DNA of 64,000 nt, taken from the NCBI GenBank assembly GCA_963814375.1, contig CAWFCQ010000008.1, forward strand, positions 493,519-557,518. The letters are read 5' to 3'. The DNA comes from an uncultured Chloroflexia bacterium. Its GTDB lineage: Bacteria; Chloroflexota; Limnocylindria; QHBO01. The translations under genes were made by a program, and so were the position numbers. Shown here piece after piece: positions 24,625 to 36,011 of the stretch. Below the pieces are notes generated by a model. The model saw only the letters and a list, made by a program, of their open reading frames with translations, was not told the origin of the DNA and did not search any database. Numbering within the stretch: the stretch's first letter is position 1; each line of letters begins with the position of its first letter.

Positions 24625-25289
24625 TCGACCTCGCCAGCGTCGAGCCGAAACGGCTCCGCCACGTCGGCGACTGGCCGACTCCAGCGCCCCGCCGCGCTCC
24701 TCAGGCGACCGAGCTGCGTGAGCTCCAGGACCGCATGCCGCGCTGTGGCGACCGAGCGACGCCGGTCCTGTCCGGCGATGGCACCGAGCGAGCCATGCTC
24801 ATCGGCCAGGCTCCCGGCTGGCGTGAGATCGAAACCGGCCTCCCCTTCGCCTGGGACGCCGGCAAGCGGCTGTGCGGCTGGCTGGCCGCTGCCGGCATCG
24901 GCGTGGACGACTTCCGCGAGCGCTGGTACGTCACCAGCGTCGGAAAGTGCTACCCCGGCCGCGCGCCGGGCGCCTCGGTCGATCGGCCGCCATCGCGCGA
25001 CGAGATCGAGCGCTGGACGCCGTTCCTGCGCGATGAGCTGCGGCTGGTTCGCCCGGAGCTCGTGCTGCTCGTCGGTGGCTTCGCCCATCGGTTCGCCTTC
25101 GGCGCGTCGGCCAGGCTGGACGATCTCGTCGGGCGTGAGCTTGCATGGGCCGATGCTCCCGGCGCTTCGGTCCTGTGCCTGCCGCACCCGTCGGGTGCGT
25201 CGACCTGGCTCAACGATCCCGACCGCGTCACGCTCTGGCGACGCGCCATCGAGATCCTGCGCGGCCGATGGGCGGCCATGGACGCGTGA
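24621..25289 (+). CDS. Uracil-DNA glycosylase superfamily protein
   Basis: IGQAPG...PF...G.RL, KCYPG, DRPP, LPHPSG motifs. Confidence 0.85.
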   Translation: MIDLASVEPKRLRHVGDWPTPAPRRAPQATELRELQDRMPRCGDRATPVLSGDGTERAMLIGQAPGWREIETGLPFAWDAGKRLCGWLAAAGIGVDDFRERWYVTSVGKCYPGRAPGASVDRPPSRDEIERWTPFLRDELRLVRPELVLLVGGFAHRFAFGASARLDDLVGRELAWADAPGASVLCLPHPSGASTWLNDPDRVTLWRRAIEILRGRWAAMDA

Positions 25290-25813
25290 CCCGCGACCTG
25301 CGGCTCGGCGTGCTCGCGGTTGTCGCGCTCGGGGCATTCGTGGTCGTGATGATCCTCGTCGGATCGATCGGTGCGCCGCGGCCGGAGGTCGACCCACTGA
25401 CCGTGGAGGAGGCGCTCGCCGGCGGGGCGCCAGCCGATCGATGGGGGACCGACGAGCTCCACGTGTCCGGCTGGTACGCAGAGCTCGACGCCGACTGCAC
25501 CGGCGACACCGGTGGCGCGGATCCGTCGGTGGCATGGCTCCAACGTGATTGCCCGCTGCGCGTCCTCCTGCCGGCGCAACCCGACCGCAACGTCAGCCAG
25601 GAGCAGCTCCTGCGCGACGGCCTGCTGCTCGCGGCGCCGCAGGGCCGCCCCTTCCCGTCGCGCGCCGACCCGTCCGGACCGAACCTGCGCGGCCAGCAGC
25701 TCGTGTTCGTCGGTCACTTCTCCGATCCGACGGCGTCCGCGTGCGTGCCTGAGCGTGCGCAGCGCTGCGCCAACACGTTCGTCGTGAGCGACTACGACGA
25801 GCTCGTGCATTGA
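25286..25813 (+). CDS. Hypothetical membrane-anchored protein with four Cys
   Basis: GTGA coupling to the UDG gene; N-terminal TM; GHFSDP.A..C...C motif. Confidence 0.7.
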   Translation: MTRDLRLGVLAVVALGAFVVVMILVGSIGAPRPEVDPLTVEEALAGGAPADRWGTDELHVSGWYAELDADCTGDTGGADPSVAWLQRDCPLRVLLPAQPDRNVSQEQLLRDGLLLAAPQGRPFPSRADPSGPNLRGQQLVFVGHFSDPTASACVPERAQRCANTFVVSDYDELVH

Positions 25814-25909
25814 AATTCGCGCCGAGCCTTGCGCCGATGGTGGAAGATTGAGGGCGGGGGCACGGCACCATGCGCGGTGTCGATCAACGCACAACGGAGG
25901 TCTCCCCGC

Positions 25910-26572
25910 ATGGATCTGTTCGTCGCCCTGATCGTGATCGGGCTCGGCGCCCTGGCACTCTTCGTCGGATTCCGGCTGTTCGTGGTTCTCCTTCCGATCT
26001 GGGGCTTCTTCGTCGGCTTCGCCCTCGGGGCCTCGCTGATGGCGAACTGGCTCGGCGAGGGATTCCTCGGCAGCGTTCTCGCCATCGTCGTCGGCGCCGT
26101 GGTCGCCATCGGCTTTGCCCTGATCGCCTACCTGTGGTGGTGGGCCGGCGTGGTCATCGCGATCGGTGCGTTCGGGTTCGCGATCGGCTACGCGATCCTG
26201 CCCGCCATCGGCCTCGACAACGCCGAGTTCCTCTCCTTCCTGCTTGGCCTGGCGGGCGCCGTGGCGTTCGGCCTCGCGGCCGTCGTCCTGCGGCTTCCCC
26301 GGCTGCTCGTGATCGTCGTGACCTCCCTGTGGGGCGCCGGCGCGGTCATCGGGGGAGTGATGATCTTCCTCAACATGATCGAGGTCGAGCAGCTCGGCCG
26401 CGGCGTGGTCGACCGTGCGGTGAGCGACTCGTTCTTCTGGCTCATCGCCTACGTCGCGCTGGCGGTGGTCGGCATGGTCGCGCAGCTCACGACGAGCGAC
26501 GAGATCGTCCTCGGTCCTCCCGGCAGCGAGGACAACCTCCGTACCGGCCCGCCCGACCCTCGCCTCGCCTGA
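25910..26572 (+). CDS. Multi-pass membrane protein (DUF4203/TMEM198-like)
   Basis: GGAGG RBS; about seven TM helices; GFRLF..LLPIWGF and TSLWGA patterns. Confidence 0.75.
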   Translation: MDLFVALIVIGLGALALFVGFRLFVVLLPIWGFFVGFALGASLMANWLGEGFLGSVLAIVVGAVVAIGFALIAYLWWWAGVVIAIGAFGFAIGYAILPAIGLDNAEFLSFLLGLAGAVAFGLAAVVLRLPRLLVIVVTSLWGAGAVIGGVMIFLNMIEVEQLGRGVVDRAVSDSFFWLIAYVALAVVGMVAQLTTSDEIVLGPPGSEDNLRTGPPDPRLA

Positions 26573-26613
26573 GGTCCAGCGCCGATTCGACCGGCTCCTC
26601 GACACGCCGAGTG

Positions 26614-27480
26614 TCAGGAGCCGGTCGTCATATCCAGCAGCCCGGCCTGGCGCGCACGGCGCATGAACCAGGCGAAGGCTGCGAGCGCGATGGGAATGGC
26701 CACGGCGGTGCTGATGAGCAGGTAGAGCATGACCGTGCCGTCCGAGAGGCTGCCGATGTCACCCGGCGACCCGTGCCCCAGGAGCCCGCGCCGTGACGCC
26801 TCGAGCCACCACGTCGTTGGCGCGGCGTAGGCGATCGGCTGGAGTACGGCGGGAAGGATGTCGATCGGGAAGATCGCCCCGGAGATGAGGTAGAGGGCGC
26901 CGGCGATCGCCTCCGGGTAGTGCCACGCCTCCTGGCGCAGCTGGAGGCACCACCCCGCCATGCCGATGCCGAGCGCCATCACAGCGAGCAGCCCGATCAC
27001 ACTGGCCGGCACGAGGACGATCAGGTTCGGCTGGAGCTGGATGTCGAGGAAGACGACCCCGACGAGCAGTGTCAGCACGACCGCGACCATCGAGATGAGC
27101 ACGCGGGCCACCGATCGCCCGATGAGGAACGGGAAGAGCGACGTCGGCGTGACGACGACGTACTTGATCATGCGGTACCGCTCGCGGTCCTCGAGGATCG
27201 ACTGGACCATCCCGCTCATGACGCCGAAGACCACATTCCACAGCGCGCTGCCGACGATCATGAACTGGAGGAAGTCGGTGCCCTGGCCGCCGGTGATGAC
27301 CTGGAACATGACCACGAGGATCAGCGCCGCCGCGAGCGGCTTGGCGATCGTGTAGACGGCGAAGAGGAACGGGTCCGACCAGTTGGACTCGATGGCCCAG
27401 CCGAGGCCGATGGCTGTCCGGAAGGTCCGCCACGCGTCCCCCAGCGAGGGGTCGCGCACCGTCGCGGCGCGATTGATCAC
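26614..27480 (-). CDS. ABC-2 type transporter permease
   Basis: About six TM helices, SGAIFPIDILP..LQ, PTTWWLEASR. Confidence 0.88.
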   Translation of the reverse strand: MINRAATVRDPSLGDAWRTFRTAIGLGWAIESNWSDPFLFAVYTIAKPLAAALILVVMFQVITGGQGTDFLQFMIVGSALWNVVFGVMSGMVQSILEDRERYRMIKYVVVTPTSLFPFLIGRSVARVLISMVAVVLTLLVGVVFLDIQLQPNLIVLVPASVIGLLAVMALGIGMAGWCLQLRQEAWHYPEAIAGALYLISGAIFPIDILPAVLQPIAYAAPTTWWLEASRRGLLGHGSPGDIGSLSDGTVMLYLLISTAVAIPIALAAFAWFMRRARQAGLLDMTTGS

Positions 27481-28352
27481 TGCCACTTCAGCGTGAGCCG
27501 CCCTTCGCGGCGAGCGAGATGCTCCAGGTAGCGCAGCGCGATCCGCGCCCCCACCAGGAAGACGACGCCCATGACGATCAGGATGGCGATCTCGGTGCCG
27601 ACGGGCAGGATGCCCTGGACATCGCTGCTCGCGAAGACGATCTGTCGCATGGCATCCAGGCCGACGGCCAACGGAAGCGTCGCCATCATCAGCCCGGCGA
27701 TCGGCCCGATGGCTCGGAGCGGGAAATTGACGCCGCCGAGGAAGTAGATCGGCTCCTGGAGCAGCTCCGCCAGGTGGTTCGCCTCGCGTCCCCACATGAG
27801 GAACAGCGAGGCGAAGAGCATCCCGAGACCGTAGAGGGGGATCATCGTGAGGATGAAGACCGCAACGAGCAGCCAGGGCTCCTGGATGTCGTAGGTGACG
27901 CCGTACAGGATCGAGCCGATGGCGATCACGGCAACCGCCCGCGAGCTCGTCATCACGAGGCCGCCGATGGCCATGCCCGCCAGCACGCTCATGAGGTGCA
28001 TCGGCGCGGTGAAGTAGAGCTCGAGGTTCCCCTGGTCCTTCTCCCAGAAGAACTGCGCGGCCATCATCCAGACCACGTTGAGCCAGAAGGCGGTCATCGC
28101 CCCGCCGAGGACGACGAAGCCGATGTACTCCTCCGGTGCCTCCAGTGCGCGGTACACGAACACGAACGCGCTCACGGCAAGGAACGGCAGGAAGATCTCG
28201 AAGAAGAGCCACGACGGCTCCCGGGTGAGCCCGATGATGCGTGGATAGGCCCGACCGAAGACGGCCCGAAGGTTCGACCTGATGACTCGGCCACGCGACC
28301 ATTCGGCGGCGTCGCGCGGGTTCGTCGCGGCCGCGGACCCGTACCTCGTCAC
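27477..28352 (-). CDS. ABC-2 type transporter permease
   Basis: WEKDQGNLELYFTAP, GGVNFPL, LPLAVGLDAMR. Confidence 0.88.
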   Translation of the reverse strand: MTRYGSAAATNPRDAAEWSRGRVIRSNLRAVFGRAYPRIIGLTREPSWLFFEIFLPFLAVSAFVFVYRALEAPEEYIGFVVLGGAMTAFWLNVVWMMAAQFFWEKDQGNLELYFTAPMHLMSVLAGMAIGGLVMTSSRAVAVIAIGSILYGVTYDIQEPWLLVAVFILTMIPLYGLGMLFASLFLMWGREANHLAELLQEPIYFLGGVNFPLRAIGPIAGLMMATLPLAVGLDAMRQIVFASSDVQGILPVGTEIAILIVMGVVFLVGARIALRYLEHLARREGRLTLKWQ

Positions 28353-29374
28353 GAGTCGTTGTCTCCGGCTTCCTCGTCGCCGAAGCCGCGGCCGACGAGC
28401 TCGACGAACACGTCTTCGAGGCTCGGCTCCGACTTCGCCAGCCCGACGAGGTGCGAGCCGCGCGCCGCGACCGCCGTGACCACGCTGGTCAGCGCCGAGT
28501 CGTCGGCGAGCGCGACCTTCAGCGCCACCCGGTCCGACCCGGCGCCGTTATCCGCGCCATCCTCGTCTGCTCGAACCGCCGAGAGGACGCCGGGGAGCTC
28601 GCCGATGGCCGCCAGGCCGCCGTTCTCGGGAAGCTGGTCGAGCTCGATCCGGAAGATCGACTCGGCCTGGACCCGTCGTCGCAGCTCCTGCGGCGTGCCG
28701 AGGGCCAGGATGCGCCCGCGATCGACGATGGCGATCCGGTCGCACAGCTGCTCGGCCTCGACCATGTAGTGGGTCGTGAGGAGCAGGGTCCGCCCGGGCG
28801 CCGCCGCCTTCCACGCGAGCGTGTGCTCGCGGAGGTCCCGGGCTGCCGCGACATCGAGCCCGAGTGTCGGCTCGTCGAGGAAGAGCACCCAGGGATCGTT
28901 CAGGAGCCCGCGCGCGAAGTTCAGCTTCTGGCGCTGACCTGTCGATAGGGTGCGGACCTTCTGGTCCTTCTGCTCGGTCAGCCCGGTGATCTCGATGAGC
29001 TCGTCCACGCGCCGCCAGCCCTCGCGGTAGGGGAGCCCGTAGAACTGGCTGAACATCCAGAGCTGCTCGCGCAGCGTCAGCAGGCCGTAGCCGGACTGCT
29101 CGCCGCCCGAGACCATGTTGATCACCCGCCGGATCTTGGCGGTCTCGCTCTCGACGTCGAACCCGGCCACCCGGGCGGTGCCGCTGGTCGGCAGCAGCAG
29201 CGTCGTCAGGATCTTGATGAGCGTCGTCTTGCCCGCCCCGTTCGGGCCGAGCAGCCCGAAGTACTCGCCCGGCCGGACGTCGAGATCGACGCCCGCGAGG
29301 GCGGTGATGGGATCGGGCTTTGCCTTGTAGACACGCGTCACGTCGCGCGCGTGAATGGCGAGCTCTTGGGTCAT
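28349..29374 (-). CDS. ABC transporter ATP-binding protein
   Basis: GPNGAGKTT, LSTGQRQ, LFLDEPT, TTHYM. Confidence 0.93.
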   Translation of the reverse strand: MTQELAIHARDVTRVYKAKPDPITALAGVDLDVRPGEYFGLLGPNGAGKTTLIKILTTLLLPTSGTARVAGFDVESETAKIRRVINMVSGGEQSGYGLLTLREQLWMFSQFYGLPYREGWRRVDELIEITGLTEQKDQKVRTLSTGQRQKLNFARGLLNDPWVLFLDEPTLGLDVAAARDLREHTLAWKAAAPGRTLLLTTHYMVEAEQLCDRIAIVDRGRILALGTPQELRRRVQAESIFRIELDQLPENGGLAAIGELPGVLSAVRADEDGADNGAGSDRVALKVALADDSALTSVVTAVAARGSHLVGLAKSEPSLEDVFVELVGRGFGDEEAGDNDS

Positions 29375-29484
29375 TGGGGGCAGTTCCTGGGACAGCGCGT
29401 GACCGTCTCCGGGGAGGCGGGAGGGAAATGGTAGCAGCAGCCGAAGACCGTCGAGAATGCACCGCGCGGGGTGCGCGGCCCCGG

Positions 29485-29745
29485 TCAGTTCAGCGCGTCG
29501 TCCCGCCCGCAGCCGCCAGGGCCGTGGTCGCAGTCCACGGCCAGAAGGTGGGATCCCGAGATCGTGAGGAGCGCGGAGCAGGCCGCCGCCTCGGTCTGGT
29601 CGCCGGCGGGCAGCTCGTCGAGGGCCAGCTCGACGCGGGCGGCCAGGGTGGCGCTCATCGACTCGTTGGCGCTGAAGGTCCGCCACATCCCCTCGTCGTC
29701 CCAGATCACGATTCCGTAGCCCCTGACTGCCACCGAGAACATCAC
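29485..29745 (-). CDS. Hypothetical 86-aa protein
   Basis: GGAGG and GGGGG upstream of GTGATG; plausible composition; same strand as the ABC operon. Confidence 0.55.
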   Translation of the reverse strand: MMFSVAVRGYGIVIWDDEGMWRTFSANESMSATLAARVELALDELPAGDQTEAAACSALLTISGSHLLAVDCDHGPGGCGRDDALN

Positions 29746-29870
29746 GATCCCCCTGCCTCCGAAAGTACCGGCGGGTACCGGTACTCAGCATCGTGGCCCG
29801 GACCGCGGCTGCCAACTGACCGGGTCCGATCCCAACTCCACCTTGCCGCTCATCTTCCCGTTCGAACTTG

Positions 29871-30002
29871 GGTTACCGGCATCGGTAACCATCGGAGAAG
29901 CAACGGCCTCCCGATGGCCCTCCCTTACCGACGCCGGTAAATGCGTGTCGCGAACGGGCTAGAGATCGGCGCTCGATGTCCGTTGGTTACCGGCATCGGT
30001 AA
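29871..30002. repeat. Three palindromic TTACCG-N4-CGGTAA boxes
   Basis: Copies at 29873-29888, 29925-29940 (inverted centre) and 29987-30002. Confidence 0.85.
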
Positions 30003-30041
30003 AACGACTGCTCGGGGCCTGGGCCGCTGGGGATTTCGCCA

Positions 30042-30102
30042 TGGAAGCGCTCTCTTGACGCAGGCGCCTAGAATGCCCAAGTGACCGTGAGAGCGCTCTC
30101 AC
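30042..30102 (+). promoter_or_regulatory. CelR/CebR-like LacI operators flanking -10 TAGAAT
   Basis: Perfect palindrome GTGAGAGCGCTCTCAC at 30087-30102 and imperfect TGGAAGCGCTCTCT at 30042-30055; resemble the CelR/CebR box TGGGAGCGCTCCCA. Confidence 0.75.
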
Positions 30103-31157
30103 AAGCGCCGGACGATCGACCGCATCGCGGCGTCGTGACACTCGAGCAGGTGGCCCACGCGGCCCACGTCTCACGCGCGACCGCATCTCGCGTCCTCAAC
30201 GAGGATCGACGCGTCTCCGAAGCCGCTCGGGCCGCGGTCGAGAAGGCAATGCAGGAGCTCGGCTACGTGCCCAACAGGGCCGCTCGGAGCCTGGCTACGC
30301 GACGCAGCGACTCGGTCGCCGTGGTGATCCCCGAGCCGAGCGGCCAGCTCTTCGGCGACCCGTTTTTCCCGCGCGTGCTGCGCGGCATCAGCGACGCGCT
30401 CACGGCCGAAGCGATGCAGCTCATCCTCCTGATGCCGCAGGCCCGCAGCGACGAGGACCGCGCCGGCCGATATCTCGCCGCCGGGCACAGCGACGGGGTG
30501 CTGCTCATCTCCCTTCACGGCGCGGACCCCCTGCCGGCCAGCCTTCGGCGCCAGGGGATCCCATTGGTGGTCGGCGGGCGACCGCCGGAGGAAGGCATCA
30601 CGTACGTCGACGTCGACAATCGGGGCGGCGCATCGAGCGCGGTTCAGCATCTGCTCGACAGCGGGCGTCGCCGGATCGCCACGATCGCCGGCCCGCAGGA
30701 CATGGCCGCCGGCGCCGACCGGCTTGCCGGGTACCACGAGCGACTCGCGACCGCCGGCGACGGCACTGCCGCAGGGCTCGTCGAGATCGCCGATTTCACG
30801 CATGACGGTGGCCGCGCGGCGATGGAGCGACTGCTCGATCGAGCGCCAAGGCTCGATGCAGTCTTCATCGCATCGGACCTGATGGCCGTCGGAGCGGTCG
30901 CAGCGCTGCGTGCCGCAGGGCGCTCGATCCCACTGGACGTCGCCGTCGTCGGGTTCGACGACTCACAGCTGGCCGTGACGACCGAGCCCGGTCTCTCGAG
31001 CGTGAGCCAGCCGATCGAGGAGATGGGGCGCGAGATGACGCGGCTCCTGCTGCAGGAGATTCGCTTCCCGGGTCGTCCGCCGCGGCGGGTGATCCTCGAC
31101 ACCGAGCTCATCGTGCGGGGCTCGACCATCGACAACATCGGCGACACCACGGAGTAG
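30081..31157 (+). CDS. LacI-family regulator, CelR/CebR-like
   Basis: HTH VTLEQVAHAAHVSRATASRVLN, LGYVPNRAARSL, DVAVVGFDD; linked to a GH1 gene. Confidence 0.92.
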   Translation: MTVRALSQAPDDRPHRGVVTLEQVAHAAHVSRATASRVLNEDRRVSEAARAAVEKAMQELGYVPNRAARSLATRRSDSVAVVIPEPSGQLFGDPFFPRVLRGISDALTAEAMQLILLMPQARSDEDRAGRYLAAGHSDGVLLISLHGADPLPASLRRQGIPLVVGGRPPEEGITYVDVDNRGGASSAVQHLLDSGRRRIATIAGPQDMAAGADRLAGYHERLATAGDGTAAGLVEIADFTHDGGRAAMERLLDRAPRLDAVFIASDLMAVGAVAALRAAGRSIPLDVAVVGFDDSQLAVTTEPGLSSVSQPIEEMGREMTRLLLQEIRFPGRPPRRVILDTELIVRGSTIDNIGDTTE

Positions 31158-31204
31158 GACCCACGCGGAGGAGAGGATCCGCCCACATCGGAGGTAGGAG
31201 AGGT

Positions 31205-31477
31205 ATGGATCAACGAGCTCTGACCCTGCGACGGTTCGGCCCGATGAGCTTCGGGCTGGGCTATTACGAGGACGACGTGTGGATCGATCACTCGCAATCG
31301 GGCCCCGAGCCGCTACCGGCCGTGGGTCTGGCTTCCGAGGCCGACCGCGCCGCTCTCGCCGCCATCCACACCTGGTTTCCCTGCTGCGCCGAGGGTGCCG
31401 CGGAGGAGGCGCTAGCGGAGGCTGGAAGCGCGCGCCAACGGAGGCTGACCGCGGTCGCCCGATCGGCGACCTCATAG
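31205..31477 (+). CDS. Hypothetical 90-aa protein
   Basis: Strong RBS (GGAGGTAGGAGAGGT); sits between the LacI and GH1 genes. Confidence 0.6.
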   Translation: MDQRALTLRRFGPMSFGLGYYEDDVWIDHSQSGPEPLPAVGLASEADRAALAAIHTWFPCCAEGAAEEALAEAGSARQRRLTAVARSATS

Positions 31478-31497
31478 CGTCACTGACGCCCGCATCG

Positions 31498-32883
31498 GTG
31501 CCGACCGACGGAGGGGGCGCGGAGCAATTCCTGGCCGCTGCCGACCTCGCGGCGCGGTTCCCAAGCACCTTCACGTGGGGTGCCGCATCGGCGGCCTACC
31601 AGGTCGAGGGGGCCCACGACGCTGACGGACGGACGCCGAGCGTCTGGGACACCTTCAGCCACACGCCCGGAGCGACCCTGAACGGCGATACCGGCGACAT
31701 CGCCTGCGATCACTATCACCGCTGGGCGGAAGACCTCGACCTCATGCGCGACCTCGGACTGCGCGCCTACCGATTCAGCACCTCGTGGACGAGGATCCAG
31801 CCCGGCGGCTCCGGCCCAGCCAACAGGGCCGGCCTCGACTTCTACGATCGGCTCGTCGACGGCATGCTCGAGCGCGGCGTCGAGCCGTGGCTGACGCTCT
31901 ACCACTGGGACCTGCCGCAGCCGATCGAGGACCGCGGCGGCTGGCTCGAGCCGGAGGTGGTCGATCGCTTTGCCGAGTATGCCGAGATCGTCGGACGCCA
32001 TCTCGGGGACCGGGTACGGCACTGGATCACCCTGAACGAGGCCCGTACGTTCTGCCTCATGGGGTACGGCACCGGCGAGCACGCGCCCGGGCGCACTGGA
32101 TGGCGAGGCGCGCTGCGTGCTGCTCACCATTCTCATCTGGCACACGCCGCCGCCGCGACTGCCCTGCGCGGGGTGGTCGCCGATGCCCGAGTCGGGATTG
32201 CCCACGACGTGGCGCATGTCGAGCCCGCGACGGACACCGCCGACGATCTCGAGGCGGCGATCCGGTACGACGGAGCGATGCACCGCTGGTTCCTGGATCC
32301 GACGTTCGGGCGCGGCTATCCGGCCGATCTCGTCGCCTGGTATGACCGCCACGGCATGATTGGCGGCCTCGACCTCGATGCCGTCGCCGGTCCGCCGCCG
32401 ATCGACTTCCTCGGGCTCAACTACTACCGACGCGAGCGCATCGTGGACTTGCCCGTCGAGTCGCAGTGGGGGATCGGCGGCGGCTGGGCCGAACCGGTCG
32501 GCGAGGTCAACGAGCTCGGATGGGAGATCCAACCCGACGGGCTCCGGCAGGTGCTGGGTCGGATCGCGCGCGACTACGCGCCGCGGGCGATCGCCATCAC
32601 CGAGAACGGGTCCGCCTTCCCGGACGCGGTCGCCGCTGACGGGACCGTCAAGGATCCCGAGCGTCAGTCGTATCTGGAGCGTCACCTCGCGGCGGCCGCG
32701 GACGCGATCGCGGAGGGCGCGCCGCTGACCGCCTATTTCGCCTGGTCGCTCATGGACAACTACGAGTGGGCCATGGGCTACGCGACTCGCTTCGGCATCG
32801 TCCATGTCGACTTTGCGACGCAGCAACGCACCCTCAAGGCGAGCGGCCACCGGTACCGCGAGCTCATCGCCGCCGCTCCATGA
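31498..32883 (+). CDS. GH1 beta-glucosidase (start uncertain)
   Basis: FTWGAASAAYQVEG, YRFSTSW.RI, TLYHWDLPQ, TLNE acid/base, ITENG nucleophile, WSLMDNYEW. Confidence 0.95.
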   Translation: MPTDGGGAEQFLAAADLAARFPSTFTWGAASAAYQVEGAHDADGRTPSVWDTFSHTPGATLNGDTGDIACDHYHRWAEDLDLMRDLGLRAYRFSTSWTRIQPGGSGPANRAGLDFYDRLVDGMLERGVEPWLTLYHWDLPQPIEDRGGWLEPEVVDRFAEYAEIVGRHLGDRVRHWITLNEARTFCLMGYGTGEHAPGRTGWRGALRAAHHSHLAHAAAATALRGVVADARVGIAHDVAHVEPATDTADDLEAAIRYDGAMHRWFLDPTFGRGYPADLVAWYDRHGMIGGLDLDAVAGPPPIDFLGLNYYRRERIVDLPVESQWGIGGGWAEPVGEVNELGWEIQPDGLRQVLGRIARDYAPRAIAITENGSAFPDAVAADGTVKDPERQSYLERHLAAAADAIAEGAPLTAYFAWSLMDNYEWAMGYATRFGIVHVDFATQQRTLKASGHRYRELIAAAP

Positions 32884-32887
32884 CGCA

Positions 32888-32922
32888 ACCGCGGCCGGCC
32901 ACCTCCACCGGGCGGCCGCGGT
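32888..32922 (+). terminator. GC-rich hairpin after the beta-glucosidase gene
   Basis: ACCGCGGCCG...CGGCCGCGGT inverted repeat just after the stop; no U-tract. Confidence 0.5.
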
Positions 32923-33026
32923 CCCTCCCAATTGGTCGTCTGAGGCGGTCACATTCCGGACATGGGCTGACACGATTGTCGTAAATGATGGGCGCGAGGA
33001 TGACCGTCAGCGCTCGCGACTCAAAC

Positions 33027-33040
33027 CGAACAGGCGTTCG
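33027..33040 (+). promoter_or_regulatory. LexA (SOS) box upstream of uvrA
   Basis: CGAACAGGCGTTCG matches CGAAC-N4-GTTCG; lies over the -35 region of an extended -10 TGTTAGCAT. Confidence 0.85.
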
Positions 33041-33074
33041 TATCGGTCCCGATCCTGTTAGCATTGGCTACCGA

Positions 33075-36007
<2,933 letters not shown>

Positions 36008-36011
<4 letters not shown>

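Noticed and set aside
29871-30002. Mini CRISPR array
   Set aside because: The repeats are only 16-20 bp, the middle one is inverted, the gaps are unequal and no cas genes are present.
32020-32050. Inactive GH1 because NEP reads NEA
   Set aside because: The acid/base Glu and the ITENG nucleophile are both retained.
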